The notes below the pieces were generated by a model. It searched no databases and was not told where the DNA came from. It worked only from the letters and a program-made list of their open reading frames with translations. 63,359 nt of DNA, taken from a virus (Duplodnaviria > Caudoviricetes). The stretch is taken from positions 1 to 63,359 of IMG/VR virus record IMGVR_UViG_3300023179_000108; one strand, written 5' to 3'. Every line of letters starts with the position of its first letter. The stretch's first letter is position 1. A program made the position numbers and the translations under genes. Shown piece by piece: positions 49,192-59,337 of this stretch.

Positions 49192-49841
49192 TGATTAAAT
49201 TATTAGACATATTAAAAGAGATAAATATTAAGCAAAAAATAGCAATAGGTAGTGGAGACCAACAATCAGTATACCCTTATTTAAAAGATCCAAATTATGT
49301 TATAAAAAAATTTGATTCACAGCAGGATCAACCTGTTCTTAATAGATATGAGATAAAATATTACCTTAAAATGTTAGAACTATATCCAAAATATATAGCT
49401 AATATTATAATTCCGGATGGAAATATAAAATATTATTTTCAAGAAAAAGTAGATGTAAAAAAAGCACAAGAAGATATATGGGATGTTGTTATAAAAATAA
49501 TAAAAAAAGTAGCATTAGATTTAGAAAAAAAATATAAAACACCAAATGAAGTATATAATGATTTAGTTGCTGTGGATATATTTAATAATGCTAGCAGTTG
49601 GGAAGATATAAAAAATATAAAAGATATAGATGATTTCTTTGAAATTAATTATGGTGAAGGAATACCAATGGATGATTTATTCAACAACTATATTTATAAT
49701 AATTACTCTAAAGATATACCTCTAGTACAAAAATTAAAACCAGTTTGGGATATAGGTAAAAAAATAACTCAATTTGGATCATTTCATGAAGATAATTTAG
49801 GATATGATAAAGATGGTAATTTTAAAATAATAGATCTTTAA
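49191..49841 (+). CDS. protein-kinase-like fold protein with MIKLLDILKE leader
   Basis: IGSGDQQSVY, YVIKK, FHEDNLG, FKIIDL. Confidence 0.6.
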   Translation: MIKLLDILKEINIKQKIAIGSGDQQSVYPYLKDPNYVIKKFDSQQDQPVLNRYEIKYYLKMLELYPKYIANIIIPDGNIKYYFQEKVDVKKAQEDIWDVVIKIIKKVALDLEKKYKTPNEVYNDLVAVDIFNNASSWEDIKNIKDIDDFFEINYGEGIPMDDLFNNYIYNNYSKDIPLVQKLKPVWDIGKKITQFGSFHEDNLGYDKDGNFKIIDL

Positions 49842-49847
49842 CATGTT

Positions 49848-50279
49848 ATGACACATAAATGGAAATATTGGGATCGTTTTGAACCTGAAAATTATTATGG
49901 TTTTGTTTATAAAATTACCAATTTAAAAACTGGAAAGTTTTATATTGGGAAAAAATCGTTTTATCATAACAAAAAACATAAGCTCACTAAAAAACAACTT
50001 ACTGAACAAACAGGCCGCGGTCGTAAACCTACTCATGAAACAATTCAAGTTGAAAGCGATTGGAAAACATACTGGGGTTCTAATAAGCAATTAATAGCTG
50101 ATATTAAAGAACTAGGTGAAGATAAATTTGATTGTACTATCTTAAAATTATGTAAGACCAAAAAACAACTTACGTATTGGGAAATGCACCATCAATGTCT
50201 GAGTCAATGTATAGTTAGTTATGATTTAAGTTATAATGACAATATATTAGGTAAATTCTTTCCTAAAGACTTGGTTTAG
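49848..50279 (+). CDS. GIY-YIG nuclease (endonuclease II-like)
   Basis: GFVYKITN...FYIGKK...WKTYWGS...YNDNI. Confidence 0.8.
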   Translation: MTHKWKYWDRFEPENYYGFVYKITNLKTGKFYIGKKSFYHNKKHKLTKKQLTEQTGRGRKPTHETIQVESDWKTYWGSNKQLIADIKELGEDKFDCTILKLCKTKKQLTYWEMHHQCLSQCIVSYDLSYNDNILGKFFPKDLV

Positions 50280-50306
50280 GCAAACTAATATCATATATTT
50301 CCTTTA

Positions 50307-51248
50307 ATGGAAAATACAGCTTTATTATTTCTGATTGAATCAGTACTAGGTAAGGGACAATCTACAAGTAAAGGTAACTACGCATTTAAATGTCCATTCT
50401 GTACTCATCATAAAAATAAATTAGAAATTAATTTAAATACAACATCAAAACGTGAAAACTTTTGGCATTGTTGGATATGTGGAGCTAAAGGAAAAACATT
50501 ACTTACTTTATTTAAAAAAATAAAAGTATCTAATAATAAAATAAGTGATTTAAATATATTAATTGTTCCTACTAAAAAGGAAGAACATATTCCTATTAGT
50601 ACTATTGAATTACCTAAAGAATTTATTTCATTATCACGTTCCATAGAAGATAAAGTTGCTCAAATTGAAGCAAAACATGCTTTAAGATTCCTAAAAAAAC
50701 GAAATATATCATCAGATGATATTATAAAATATAATATTGGTTTTTGTAAAGAAGGAAAATATGAGTATCGTGTTATTGTTCCTTCATATGATGAACAAGG
50801 CAAATTAAATTACTTTATAGCGCGTGACTATAAAGAACCATCACTTCAAAAATATAAAAATCCACCCGTATCGGCTAAAGACGTAATCGGGTTTGAGCTA
50901 TACATAAATTGGGATGCACCTATTATTCTTGTTGAAGGAATATTTGATGCTCTCACCATTAAACGAAATGTTATTCCTTTATTTGGTAAAGTAATACATG
51001 GTAAACTAATGGAAAAACTAGTTAAATCTTCTGTAGATAGAATTTATATTGCTTTAGATAATGATGCTAGACGTGATGCTTTGAAACAAGCTGAAATGTT
51101 GATGTCGTATGGTAAAGAAGTATATTTGGTTGAAATGGAAGGTAAAGACGCTAATGAAATAGGTTTTGAACAATTCTTTAAAACTATCGAGCAAACATAT
51201 CCTCTAAATCTTCAAAGTTTGCTTGAAAAAAAATTACAATTAATATGA
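50307..51248 (+). CDS. DNA primase (zinc finger plus TOPRIM)
   Basis: CPFC...HCWIC, KYKNP, LVEGIFDA, IALDNDA, KDANE. Confidence 0.92.
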   Translation: MENTALLFLIESVLGKGQSTSKGNYAFKCPFCTHHKNKLEINLNTTSKRENFWHCWICGAKGKTLLTLFKKIKVSNNKISDLNILIVPTKKEEHIPISTIELPKEFISLSRSIEDKVAQIEAKHALRFLKKRNISSDDIIKYNIGFCKEGKYEYRVIVPSYDEQGKLNYFIARDYKEPSLQKYKNPPVSAKDVIGFELYINWDAPIILVEGIFDALTIKRNVIPLFGKVIHGKLMEKLVKSSVDRIYIALDNDARRDALKQAEMLMSYGKEVYLVEMEGKDANEIGFEQFFKTIEQTYPLNLQSLLEKKLQLI

Positions 51249-52027
51249 TTGAAAAAAATGTAAATATACTTAAAGATCCTAAGATCAAACGTATAATTGA
51301 ACACAACGAACAAGACAAACAAATAAATGTTTTAGATTCACGTTTTTATAAGCGTAATGAAAAATATTATCCATCTGTTACTTCTATTTTAAATTATTTT
51401 CCTAAAAATAAATTCTTTCATGAATGGCTTAAAGACGTAGGACATAACAGTGATATTATAGCCGCTAAAGCATCTGCTGAAGGTACTCAAGTACATAATG
51501 CTGTTGATAGATTTTTAAATGGAGAAGAAATTCAATGGATAGATGAATATGGACACGCTATATATTCACTTGAAGTTTGGAAAATGATTTTAAAATTTGC
51601 TGAGTTCTGGAATACACATAAACCTGAACTTATAGCTACAGAATATCATTTATTCTCAGATAGCCATGAATATGCTGGTACTGCTGATTTAATAGTCAGG
51701 TTAAATAATCAAGTTTGGTTACTTGATGTTAAAACATCAAATTCACTTCATACCTCCTATGATTTACAGTTATCAGCTTATGCTGTTGCTTGGAATGAAA
51801 CACACAATACACTTATTGAGCGCACAGGTATTATATGGTTAAAAGCAGCTACTCGTGGTGAAGGTAAAGGTGATTCAATTCAAGGTAAAGGATGGCAACT
51901 AAAACCAATAGACGGTATAGCTACTAATTTTAAAATGTTTCAAAATATATATGAAATATATAAACTTGAAAATCCAGATTTTAAACCTATGACTGAGTTA
52001 TTACCTACGTCGGTCAAAGTATCTTAA
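51245..52027 (+). CDS. PD-(D/E)XK exonuclease
   Basis: YPSVTSIL, GTQVH, AGTADL, LDVKTS, QLSAY. Confidence 0.88.
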   Translation: MIEKNVNILKDPKIKRIIEHNEQDKQINVLDSRFYKRNEKYYPSVTSILNYFPKNKFFHEWLKDVGHNSDIIAAKASAEGTQVHNAVDRFLNGEEIQWIDEYGHAIYSLEVWKMILKFAEFWNTHKPELIATEYHLFSDSHEYAGTADLIVRLNNQVWLLDVKTSNSLHTSYDLQLSAYAVAWNETHNTLIERTGIIWLKAATRGEGKGDSIQGKGWQLKPIDGIATNFKMFQNIYEIYKLENPDFKPMTELLPTSVKVS

Positions 52028-52041
52028 GTATATTTATTTGT

Positions 52042-52731
52042 GTGAATCAACAAATAACAATAGTGATTCCTTGTAAAAACGAAGGTGAAGGAATTGTAGA
52101 TGTTATCAAATTAATATTAAAACAAATAAATTGTAAAATAATAATAGCAGACTCTTCAGATGATGAAGAGTCTATTTTATTATTGCATAAATATATTTCA
52201 TTACATTCAAATATACAAGTTATAAAAGGTGGATTACCATCAGTAGCTCGTAATAATGGAGCTAAATTAGTAACTACTCCTTATGTATTGTTTTTAGATG
52301 CTGACATTTATATATATAAGAAAAATTTAATAAGAAAATGTATTAGGTTAGCAATTCAAAATAACTATGATTTAGTTACTTGTAAATTTAAAACTGATAA
52401 ACCTTATAGATGGGTATTTAGAATATTTAATATAATACAATGGTTTAGTTTATTAACTAAACCTTTTGCTTTAGGTGGTTTTATGTTATTTAAAACAGAA
52501 ACATTTAATAAACTAAAAGGATTCAATGAACAAGATAAAGTTGCTGAAGACTACAGGCTTAGCTCAAAAATTAAATCTAAAAAATTTAAAGTGTTTAATG
52601 GTTATGTATATACTCCAAGTAGAAGATTTGATAAAAAAGGTGTATGGTATATGATTAAATTAATGTGGAAATCTTGGATTAATCAAAATAATGATAAATT
52701 TTTTGAGAATGATCAAAATTACTGGAAATAA
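52042..52731 (+). CDS. GT2 glycosyltransferase
   Basis: IVIPCKNE, ARNNGA, LFLDAD, GFNE, AEDY, SRRF. Confidence 0.9.
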   Translation: MNQQITIVIPCKNEGEGIVDVIKLILKQINCKIIIADSSDDEESILLLHKYISLHSNIQVIKGGLPSVARNNGAKLVTTPYVLFLDADIYIYKKNLIRKCIRLAIQNNYDLVTCKFKTDKPYRWVFRIFNIIQWFSLLTKPFALGGFMLFKTETFNKLKGFNEQDKVAEDYRLSSKIKSKKFKVFNGYVYTPSRRFDKKGVWYMIKLMWKSWINQNNDKFFENDQNYWK

Positions 52732-52734
52732 AGT

Positions 52735-53481
52735 ATGAAAAAATATCAAACAATTATTGTCTCTGATTTACATTTAGGAATAAAAGATAGTAAAGCAGAA
52801 GAATTTATAGAATTCATTGAAAATTATTCTACTGATTTATTAATACTAAATGGTGATATTATAGATGGATGGGCTATTAATAGAGGAAGTAAATGGAAAA
52901 AACATCATACTAAAGTAATATCTAAATTATTAAAATTATCAAATAAAACAAAAATAATTTGGATTAGAGGAAATCATGATGAATTTATACAAGAATTTAT
53001 AGGATCTTATTTTGGTGGTATTGAAATTAGAGAAGATTATCGATTACAATATTATGAACATGTTGAATACGATATTTGGAAATCAAAATGTTATTATATA
53101 TTTCATGGAGATATAATTGATATTTTTATAACAAAATATAAATGGTTATCAAAATTAGGAGCAATTGGATATGATTTTGCATTATGGTTAAATAGATGGT
53201 ATAATACTTACCGCAAATGGCGTAAATTACCATACCAATCAATTTCACAAAAAATTAAAGCAGGTGTGAAGACAGCTACTAATTATATTAACGATTTTGA
53301 AACTACTGCTCTCTCTATGGCAAACAAAAACGGCTGTGATGGCGTAATTTGTGGACATATACATCAACCAGAAGACAGAATAATAAATGGTAAACGATAT
53401 TTAAATAGTGGAGATTGGGTTGAAAATATGAGTGCTATACTTATAGATAAAAATGGAAAAATAGAAATTTATAAAAAATAA
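52735..53481 (+). CDS. UDP-2,3-diacylglucosamine diphosphatase-like (LpxH-like) metallophosphoesterase
   Basis: SDLHLG, NGDIID, GNHD, HGD, CGHIH, YLNSGDW. Confidence 0.85.
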   Translation: MKKYQTIIVSDLHLGIKDSKAEEFIEFIENYSTDLLILNGDIIDGWAINRGSKWKKHHTKVISKLLKLSNKTKIIWIRGNHDEFIQEFIGSYFGGIEIREDYRLQYYEHVEYDIWKSKCYYIFHGDIIDIFITKYKWLSKLGAIGYDFALWLNRWYNTYRKWRKLPYQSISQKIKAGVKTATNYINDFETTALSMANKNGCDGVICGHIHQPEDRIINGKRYLNSGDWVENMSAILIDKNGKIEIYKK

Positions 53482-53630
53482 ATTATGTATAAGATTTTAG
53501 ATACACTGTTTAACTTTAATTCAAATAAAAAAATAGACTTTGAAAAAGGTGTTTATTGGGGAATAATCACATTTATTTCTTTATTATTGTTTTTTTCATA
53601 TATACTATAAATTTATTGTTTTAAATATTT

Positions 53631-53661
53631 ATAGGTGGCTTGGTTTGTCCAAGTCACCTAT
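53631..53661 (+). other. stem-loop between the late motif and the start codon
   Basis: ATAGGTGGCTTGG-TTTGT-CCAAGTCACCTAT. Confidence 0.7.
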
Positions 53662-53675
53662 TTATTTTTACAACA

Positions 53676-55076
53676 ATGAATTTAGGACAATACTTAGTAC
53701 AACAGTTATTAGAGGATAATATACAAGAAGTATACCCAAAGCGTTCTTCAGATGACATTAATCAAAATTATGTAACTAAAAAAGAACATTGGATTGAAAA
53801 AGCAGCTGCTGACTTTAATTATCCAATACCAGATATACGTTTTGCTTTTATAGCGGGAGGTATGGTAGTGTTAACTGATGATATTTGGTCTAAATTAGAA
53901 AATCAAGACTTAGAAGATGATTTAGAACTTGATGGTCCAGCAATGGTATTAAATTATGATGATGATAAGTATTATTTAGTATATGGAGGTAATTTATTAA
54001 GAAAACATAAAGAATTAAATAAAATACCTAAAGTATTAATGGGTAAACTTAATGTTAAAGGTCCTAAACCATTTCCATTAAAAGAAGGATTAGATAAAGA
54101 TACATTAAACTCATTTTTAAAATTTGCAATTAAAGAATTAGGATTAAAACAGTTACCTTCAAAGATTACTTTATCTAAAAACGTTAAAAAAGCAAGAGAA
54201 CGCCATACATTTGGTACATTCAATTCTGAAAATAAAAGCATTTGGTTATACACTAACAACAGAAATACAGCTGATATTTTAAGAACATTAGCTCATGAAT
54301 TAGTACATCGTAAACAAGAGGAAGATGGTAGATTAAAACCTGATAGTGGTGAAACAGGTTCTGAAATTGAAAATGAAGCTAATGCTAAAGCGGGTGTATT
54401 GTTAAGAAAGTTTGGAGAAAAAAATCCAATGATATACGAGGGAATGTATGGTAATTACTTATTTGGAGATAAAAATACAGGAGCTGCTATTGGTTGGTAT
54501 GAGAATGAAATGGAATCTGATACTCCTGCTGAGAAAAAATTATTTAATATCCTAAAAAAATATACCGATTCAGAATATGAAACTTACTCAGCTGTAAATT
54601 TGGATGATTTTATCCCTATTTTTAAAAAATTAAAAAACCAATATCCTGAAATAGTAGATCCTAAATTATCATCTAATACCTACATTTATAGAGGTACTAG
54701 TTTACCAAAAGAACAAATAGATAAATTAAATGCTGAGATAAAAGATACAACATATTATAAACAAGGATATATTATTCCTAATCAAACGTATAAGTCTAGA
54801 AGAAAAGCCCAATCGTGGAGTATTAATTATTTTACAGCTTCAGGATTTGCTTTTACAAGTGCTGAAAAAAAAGGAGGAGTACCTGTTATAATGAGAGCAA
54901 AAGTATCAGATGCTGATTTATATTTTAATTCAAAATTTATAGACAAATTAAGCACTCAAGCAGAAGATGAAACTTTCAATATAGTTAACCCAATTCCAGT
55001 AGATATTATGGTTATGGAATTTTATGAAGATGAATTTGAAGATATAGAAGCAGGATATTTACATACTAAAAAATAA
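53676..55076 (+). CDS. multidomain protein: unknown N-domain, zincin metallopeptidase, ADP-ribosyltransferase-like domain
   Basis: RTLAHELVH...ENEANA; YIYRG...QSWS...EDE; C-terminal domain paralogous to 62005..62994. Confidence 0.7.
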   Translation: MNLGQYLVQQLLEDNIQEVYPKRSSDDINQNYVTKKEHWIEKAAADFNYPIPDIRFAFIAGGMVVLTDDIWSKLENQDLEDDLELDGPAMVLNYDDDKYYLVYGGNLLRKHKELNKIPKVLMGKLNVKGPKPFPLKEGLDKDTLNSFLKFAIKELGLKQLPSKITLSKNVKKARERHTFGTFNSENKSIWLYTNNRNTADILRTLAHELVHRKQEEDGRLKPDSGETGSEIENEANAKAGVLLRKFGEKNPMIYEGMYGNYLFGDKNTGAAIGWYENEMESDTPAEKKLFNILKKYTDSEYETYSAVNLDDFIPIFKKLKNQYPEIVDPKLSSNTYIYRGTSLPKEQIDKLNAEIKDTTYYKQGYIIPNQTYKSRRKAQSWSINYFTASGFAFTSAEKKGGVPVIMRAKVSDADLYFNSKFIDKLSTQAEDETFNIVNPIPVDIMVMEFYEDEFEDIEAGYLHTKK

Positions 55077-55080
55077 TGTT

Positions 55081-55665
55081 ATGAGCGAATCAATGTTACA
55101 ACGTGAATTTCGTGAACGTGATGTTCAACGAATGAGAAATATAATCACTAAAAATGCTGATGCTAAAACAGTAACACAAGTTGGTTATACTAAAAAACAA
55201 ATAGAATATAATGAAGGCGATATTTGGGAAGAAAACGGCAAACAGTGGATTATTAAAAATGGTATAAAACAGACTGTTACTCGTTTTGATAAGTTAAAAA
55301 AATCAATCATATTACCTATTACATGCCCTAAATGTAATAAAGCAATGAAGGCAACATCATTAAATAAAAAGATGTGGCCTATTCATGGCACCTGTTTTGA
55401 TTGTGTCATTGAAATGGAAACTGAGTTAAAACGTCAAGGTAAGTTTGAAGAATATGCTCGCAATTTAGTTAATCGAGGTGTTAAAACTCATATTAAAGAT
55501 GTTGAAGACTTAATTTTAGAAATAGCATTAGAAGACAATAATGAAGAATTTGTTACTGAACAAGGTGATATTGAAAAATGGGCTGGTAAAGGTATTGATA
55601 AACAAAAAATAATACAAGAATTACAAGAATATATAGCTAAACTTAAAGACCATATCTCTTCATAA
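55081..55665 (+). CDS. hypothetical protein with CxxC/CxxC zinc site
   Basis: CPKC...CFDC. Confidence 0.7.
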   Translation: MSESMLQREFRERDVQRMRNIITKNADAKTVTQVGYTKKQIEYNEGDIWEENGKQWIIKNGIKQTVTRFDKLKKSIILPITCPKCNKAMKATSLNKKMWPIHGTCFDCVIEMETELKRQGKFEEYARNLVNRGVKTHIKDVEDLILEIALEDNNEEFVTEQGDIEKWAGKGIDKQKIIQELQEYIAKLKDHISS

Positions 55666-55697
55666 TATTTATAGGCAATTAACTATTAAAATGAAGT

Positions 55698-56000
55698 ATG
55701 GAATCAAATAACATTTGGTCAGTAATAATTACAGCTATAACTATTTTAGGAGGTAGTACAGCATTTCGTTTTTATGAACAAAGAGCACAAAAAAGAGAAA
55801 GAGATGAAGATTTTATTAGACATGACTGTAAAGATAGAATCGCTAAGTTAGAAGCACTTTTAGAAGAATCATCTGAAGAAAAAAACGAACTACGCAACTT
55901 AATTATAAAATTAACAGCTGAAGTAGCTGAACTGCGAGTTAAAGTAGAATACTTATCTGAAGAAAACGCTAAATTAGAAAAAGCATTCAAACCAAAATAA
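55698..56000 (+). CDS. single-TM coiled-coil protein (lysis-associated candidate)
   Basis: N-terminal TM; near the amidase gene. Confidence 0.6.
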   Translation: MESNNIWSVIITAITILGGSTAFRFYEQRAQKRERDEDFIRHDCKDRIAKLEALLEESSEEKNELRNLIIKLTAEVAELRVKVEYLSEENAKLEKAFKPK

Positions 56001-56001
56001 C

Positions 56002-56238
56002 ATGCATAAATTATTAGATCTTATAAATGAAGCCAAAGAAGGACCCATTGAATACCCCGCTAACCATAAGCCAGGCATGCGTGTAACTAAGGGTGGTTCA
56101 ATGTGTGCTAACTGTGAGTATTGGGTTGAGAAAGGTAACTTATGTAATAACAAATATTGGTTAAAATGGAGAAATGGTGATGCTAAAATACCTGCTCCTG
56201 CAGATGAATACTGCTGTAACTGGTGGCATGCAAAATAA
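56002..56238 (+). CDS. Cys-rich HiPIP-like protein with MHKLLDLINE leader
   Basis: CANCEYW...C...YCCNWW. Confidence 0.5.
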   Translation: MHKLLDLINEAKEGPIEYPANHKPGMRVTKGGSMCANCEYWVEKGNLCNNKYWLKWRNGDAKIPAPADEYCCNWWHAK

Positions 56239-56244
56239 TATTTT

Positions 56245-56907
56245 ATGAAAGTAACACAAGTACCCTTTTCAGCTGATCAATACATTAAAGAAGAACATAA
56301 AAAAACTCAAATATACCTCCATCACACTGCAGGTAATGCAAATCCAATTGCTGTTTTTAATGATTGGGGAGCAAATAAAGAAAGAATAGCAACATGCGTT
56401 ACTATAGGTGGAAAACCGGGTGTTAGTAAAGGATGGATAGACGGAGAAGTAGCTCAAGGATTTAGCTCTAAGTATTGGGCTTATCATTTAGGTCTTAAAG
56501 AATCTACATTTCAAAAATATGGAATAACATATAGATCGTTAGATAAAACTTCAATTGGAATTGAAATATGTAATTGGGGTCAATTAACATATAAGAATGG
56601 TAAGTTTTTTAATTATGTTAATAGAGAAGTCCCTAAAGATGAAGTAGTAGAATTACCTGTTGCTCATCGTGGATTTAAATTTTACCATGCTTATACAGAT
56701 GCTCAAATAGCAACTGTACAAGAATTACTCACATCATGGAAAAACCACTATAATATCCCTATCCATTATAACCCAGACATTTGGGATATAACGCCTAGAG
56801 CGTTAAGAGGTGAGCCCGGAGTATACACTCATAACTCAGTTAGAATAGATAAAGTGGATGTATCACCACAACCAAGATTAATTGAAATGCTTAAATCATT
56901 ACCATAA
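56245..56907 (+). CDS. N-acetylmuramoyl-L-alanine amidase (Amidase_2)
   Basis: IYLHHTAG, SIGIEICN, YTDAQI, THNSVRIDKVD. Confidence 0.88.
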   Translation: MKVTQVPFSADQYIKEEHKKTQIYLHHTAGNANPIAVFNDWGANKERIATCVTIGGKPGVSKGWIDGEVAQGFSSKYWAYHLGLKESTFQKYGITYRSLDKTSIGIEICNWGQLTYKNGKFFNYVNREVPKDEVVELPVAHRGFKFYHAYTDAQIATVQELLTSWKNHYNIPIHYNPDIWDITPRALRGEPGVYTHNSVRIDKVDVSPQPRLIEMLKSLP

Positions 56908-57542
56908 TGGAAAATAAAGAATTATTAATCGAAGACTGTGGATGTAATGGTCCTCAACTCATAAACGAATCTAAAGGTATGATATTATCTGAAGGTTTAA
57001 TATACCATCTTAAAGAAGGTAGAATGTTAATTAATAACATATATCGTCCTTTATCTGAAAATTATTTTGCTTTATTTCGTGAAGCACGTGAATTATATAA
57101 TAAAGGATTACTTTCAGTAACCGAAGATGATGCTGAATTGTTAGAATCAAACATTGGTGAATTTGGAATATATAATGGTATAAGAGTACCTTTAGATTAT
57201 GTTATTAGCTTAGACGAGTTAATATCATTAACTGAGGCTAAAGAATTAAAAGAAGCAGATAAAAAGAAAAAAACACCTCCAATCGGTAAACCAAAACGTG
57301 GCGGTTCAAAGAAATTTTACGTTTATGTTCGCAAACCAGGTGGTGGAATTAAAAAAGTATCATTTGGTGATACAACAGGATTACGTGCTAAAATAAATAA
57401 TCCAAAAGCTAGACAAGCCTTTGCTAAAAGACACAAATGTGCTCAAGCTAAAGACAGAACAACAGCGCGTTATTGGAGTTGTAGGCTTCCCAGAATAGCA
57501 AAGTCTTTAGGTCTTAAAACTAATTATTCCGGTTATTGGTAA
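56907..57542 (+). CDS. conserved phage protein, acidic LxE-rich N-part and basic C-domain
   Basis: KKVSFGD...FAKRHKC...RYWSC. Confidence 0.7.
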   Translation: MENKELLIEDCGCNGPQLINESKGMILSEGLIYHLKEGRMLINNIYRPLSENYFALFREARELYNKGLLSVTEDDAELLESNIGEFGIYNGIRVPLDYVISLDELISLTEAKELKEADKKKKTPPIGKPKRGGSKKFYVYVRKPGGGIKKVSFGDTTGLRAKINNPKARQAFAKRHKCAQAKDRTTARYWSCRLPRIAKSLGLKTNYSGYW

Positions 57543-57580
57543 GGAAATCGGCCTCCCCAATATTTATAGTAAATATAAAT

Positions 57581-58207
57581 ATGGCATACGTTTATCTTGT
57601 AACTAATATAATTAATAATAAAAAATATATTGGATCCTCTAGAAAAGAAAATATAGATCCTCATTATTTTGGAAGTGGTAAAAGAATAAGAAAAGCTTTA
57701 CAAAAATACGGTAAAGAAAATTTTAAAAAAGAAATACTGTGGGAAGGTAAAGGAGATGCTAGAGATATAGAAGCATATTGGTTAAAACATTTTGATGCTT
57801 CTTCTAATCCTCAATTTTATAATATGACTAATGATGCTAGAGGAAATGGATTTCATAAAGAAGAAACCAAAAAAACTGTTAGTGAAAAACTAACAGGAAG
57901 AAAATTTTCAAAAGAAATTTGCGAAAAAATATCTAAAGCAAAACTAGGTAAACCCAACCCCAAAAAAGGTAAATTAGACGGTCCTAAACCAGGAGTAACA
58001 GCTGCTCATAAAGGTAGAATTAGTCCTAATAAAGGTAAAGGAAAACAAGTAGCTTTATATACTGTTGAAGGAAAATATATTAAAACCTACTCTAATTACT
58101 ATGAATTAGCAATTGATTTACAAATAAACCCAGAAACAGTAAGATGTCAACTTATTGGGAAAGCACAAACTATTAAAAATAAACAATATAAAGCTGAATA
58201 TTTATAA
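57581..58207 (+). CDS. GIY-YIG homing endonuclease (Seg-like, NUMOD-type repeats)
   Basis: AYVYLVTN...KYIGSS...YFGSG...KYGKENF; ETKKTVSEKL and ICEKISKAK repeats. Confidence 0.88.
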   Translation: MAYVYLVTNIINNKKYIGSSRKENIDPHYFGSGKRIRKALQKYGKENFKKEILWEGKGDARDIEAYWLKHFDASSNPQFYNMTNDARGNGFHKEETKKTVSEKLTGRKFSKEICEKISKAKLGKPNPKKGKLDGPKPGVTAAHKGRISPNKGKGKQVALYTVEGKYIKTYSNYYELAIDLQINPETVRCQLIGKAQTIKNKQYKAEYL

Positions 58208-58210
58208 TAT

Positions 58211-58471
58211 ATGAAGCCATACACCGACATTGAAACTACATCCGAATACACTATACGTGAATTCGATGAAAATATAGACCCTGTTGAATTGCTTTGGCAT
58301 CGCGACGATGAAAATCGTACAATAGAAATTATAGGAAAAACTAATTGGCAAGTACAACTTGACAATGAATTACCAACATCATTAAATAAGTCTATATTTA
58401 TACCAAGACACTGCTGGCATAGAGTAATTAAAGGTAGTGGTAAATTGCAATTAAAGATCTATAAATCGTGA
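58211..58471 (+). CDS. cupin-like protein
   Basis: WHRD...IFIPRHCWHRVIKG. Confidence 0.7.
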   Translation: MKPYTDIETTSEYTIREFDENIDPVELLWHRDDENRTIEIIGKTNWQVQLDNELPTSLNKSIFIPRHCWHRVIKGSGKLQLKIYKS

Positions 58472-58887
58472 TCAAACTAACCGACATATTAAAAGAAATA
58501 CTATTAGAAGATCGCTGCAAACGCATTGCTGATCGCCGCTATAGTAAACCATCAGCATACAAATCAGGTGCTATTGTAAGATGTCGTAAAGGTGATATTT
58601 GGAAAGGAATTAAATCTGAAGCGTTTTTCATTGGTGAAGATGATATTGATCAACTAACTGAAAAACAAAAAGAAACTCTCCGCACCTGGTTTAAACGCAA
58701 AGGCGCTCCCGGCAAAACAGGCGGTTGGGTTGATTGTAATACATGCCGTGAAGTAGATGGGAAGAAAAAATGTAAACCATGCGGCAGACAAAAAGGTGAA
58801 AAACGAGCTAAATACCCATCATGTCGCCCAACACCATCACAATGTGGTGACCCAGGCAAAGGTAAATCATGGGGGAAAACAAAATAA
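58468..58887 (+). CDS. basic Cys-rich protein with MIKLTDILKE leader
   Basis: GTG start; PSAYKSG, YPSCRP. Confidence 0.7.
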   Translation: MIKLTDILKEILLEDRCKRIADRRYSKPSAYKSGAIVRCRKGDIWKGIKSEAFFIGEDDIDQLTEKQKETLRTWFKRKGAPGKTGGWVDCNTCREVDGKKKCKPCGRQKGEKRAKYPSCRPTPSQCGDPGKGKSWGKTK

Positions 58888-58917
58888 TAATATTTATACA
58901 TATAAAACTATAATCAA

Positions 58918-59337
58918 ATGACAATTAATGAAATACGTCAAGCAGTTAGAGAAGTAATTGCTGAAGCAAAAGAAAAAGGACTACCCAAAAGTGGTGGTAA
59001 ATTAGTGCATCTTAAAAAAGAATTAAAGAGTTTAAAAGCAATGAAAGAATCATTAGCTCAATACTCAATTAATGAAAACATTAGCGAACCTGTAGTTGAG
59101 TTTGCTCATTTACAGCGCTTTGTTAATGAAATGGCTAAAATTAAAGCTGCTCATGGTAAATTAGCTGAAATGTTAGATAGTCAAATTACCGAAGTAGAAA
59201 GTAAAGTAACAGCTGAAACTCAAAAGATTAAAGAAATGATTGGTTTAGTTGAACCACAAGCTGAAGCTAAAAAGAAAAAATCAGCTAAGAAAAAAGAAGA
59301 ACCTAAAGAAGATAAGGAACCTAAAAAAGGCAAATAA
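58918..59337 (+). CDS. coiled-coil protein with IRQAVREVIAE leader
   Basis: ORF track; late motif upstream. Confidence 0.7.
   Translation: MTINEIRQAVREVIAEAKEKGLPKSGGKLVHLKKELKSLKAMKESLAQYSINENISEPVVEFAHLQRFVNEMAKIKAAHGKLAEMLDSQITEVESKVTAETQKIKEMIGLVEPQAEAKKKKSAKKKEEPKEDKEPKKGK

Larger units (their letters stand above)
1245..58897 (+). promoter_or_regulatory. Dispersed late-type promoter motif ATATTTAT (no GGCAAAA box)
   Basis: Intergenic copies shortly upstream of starts at 1245, 5539, 11120, 13228, 25636, 32163, 32497, 33797, 36639, 39243, 45293, 52030, 53625, 55665, 57560, 58198, 58890, and on the minus strand at 2658-2665 before the endolysin. Confidence 0.7.
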
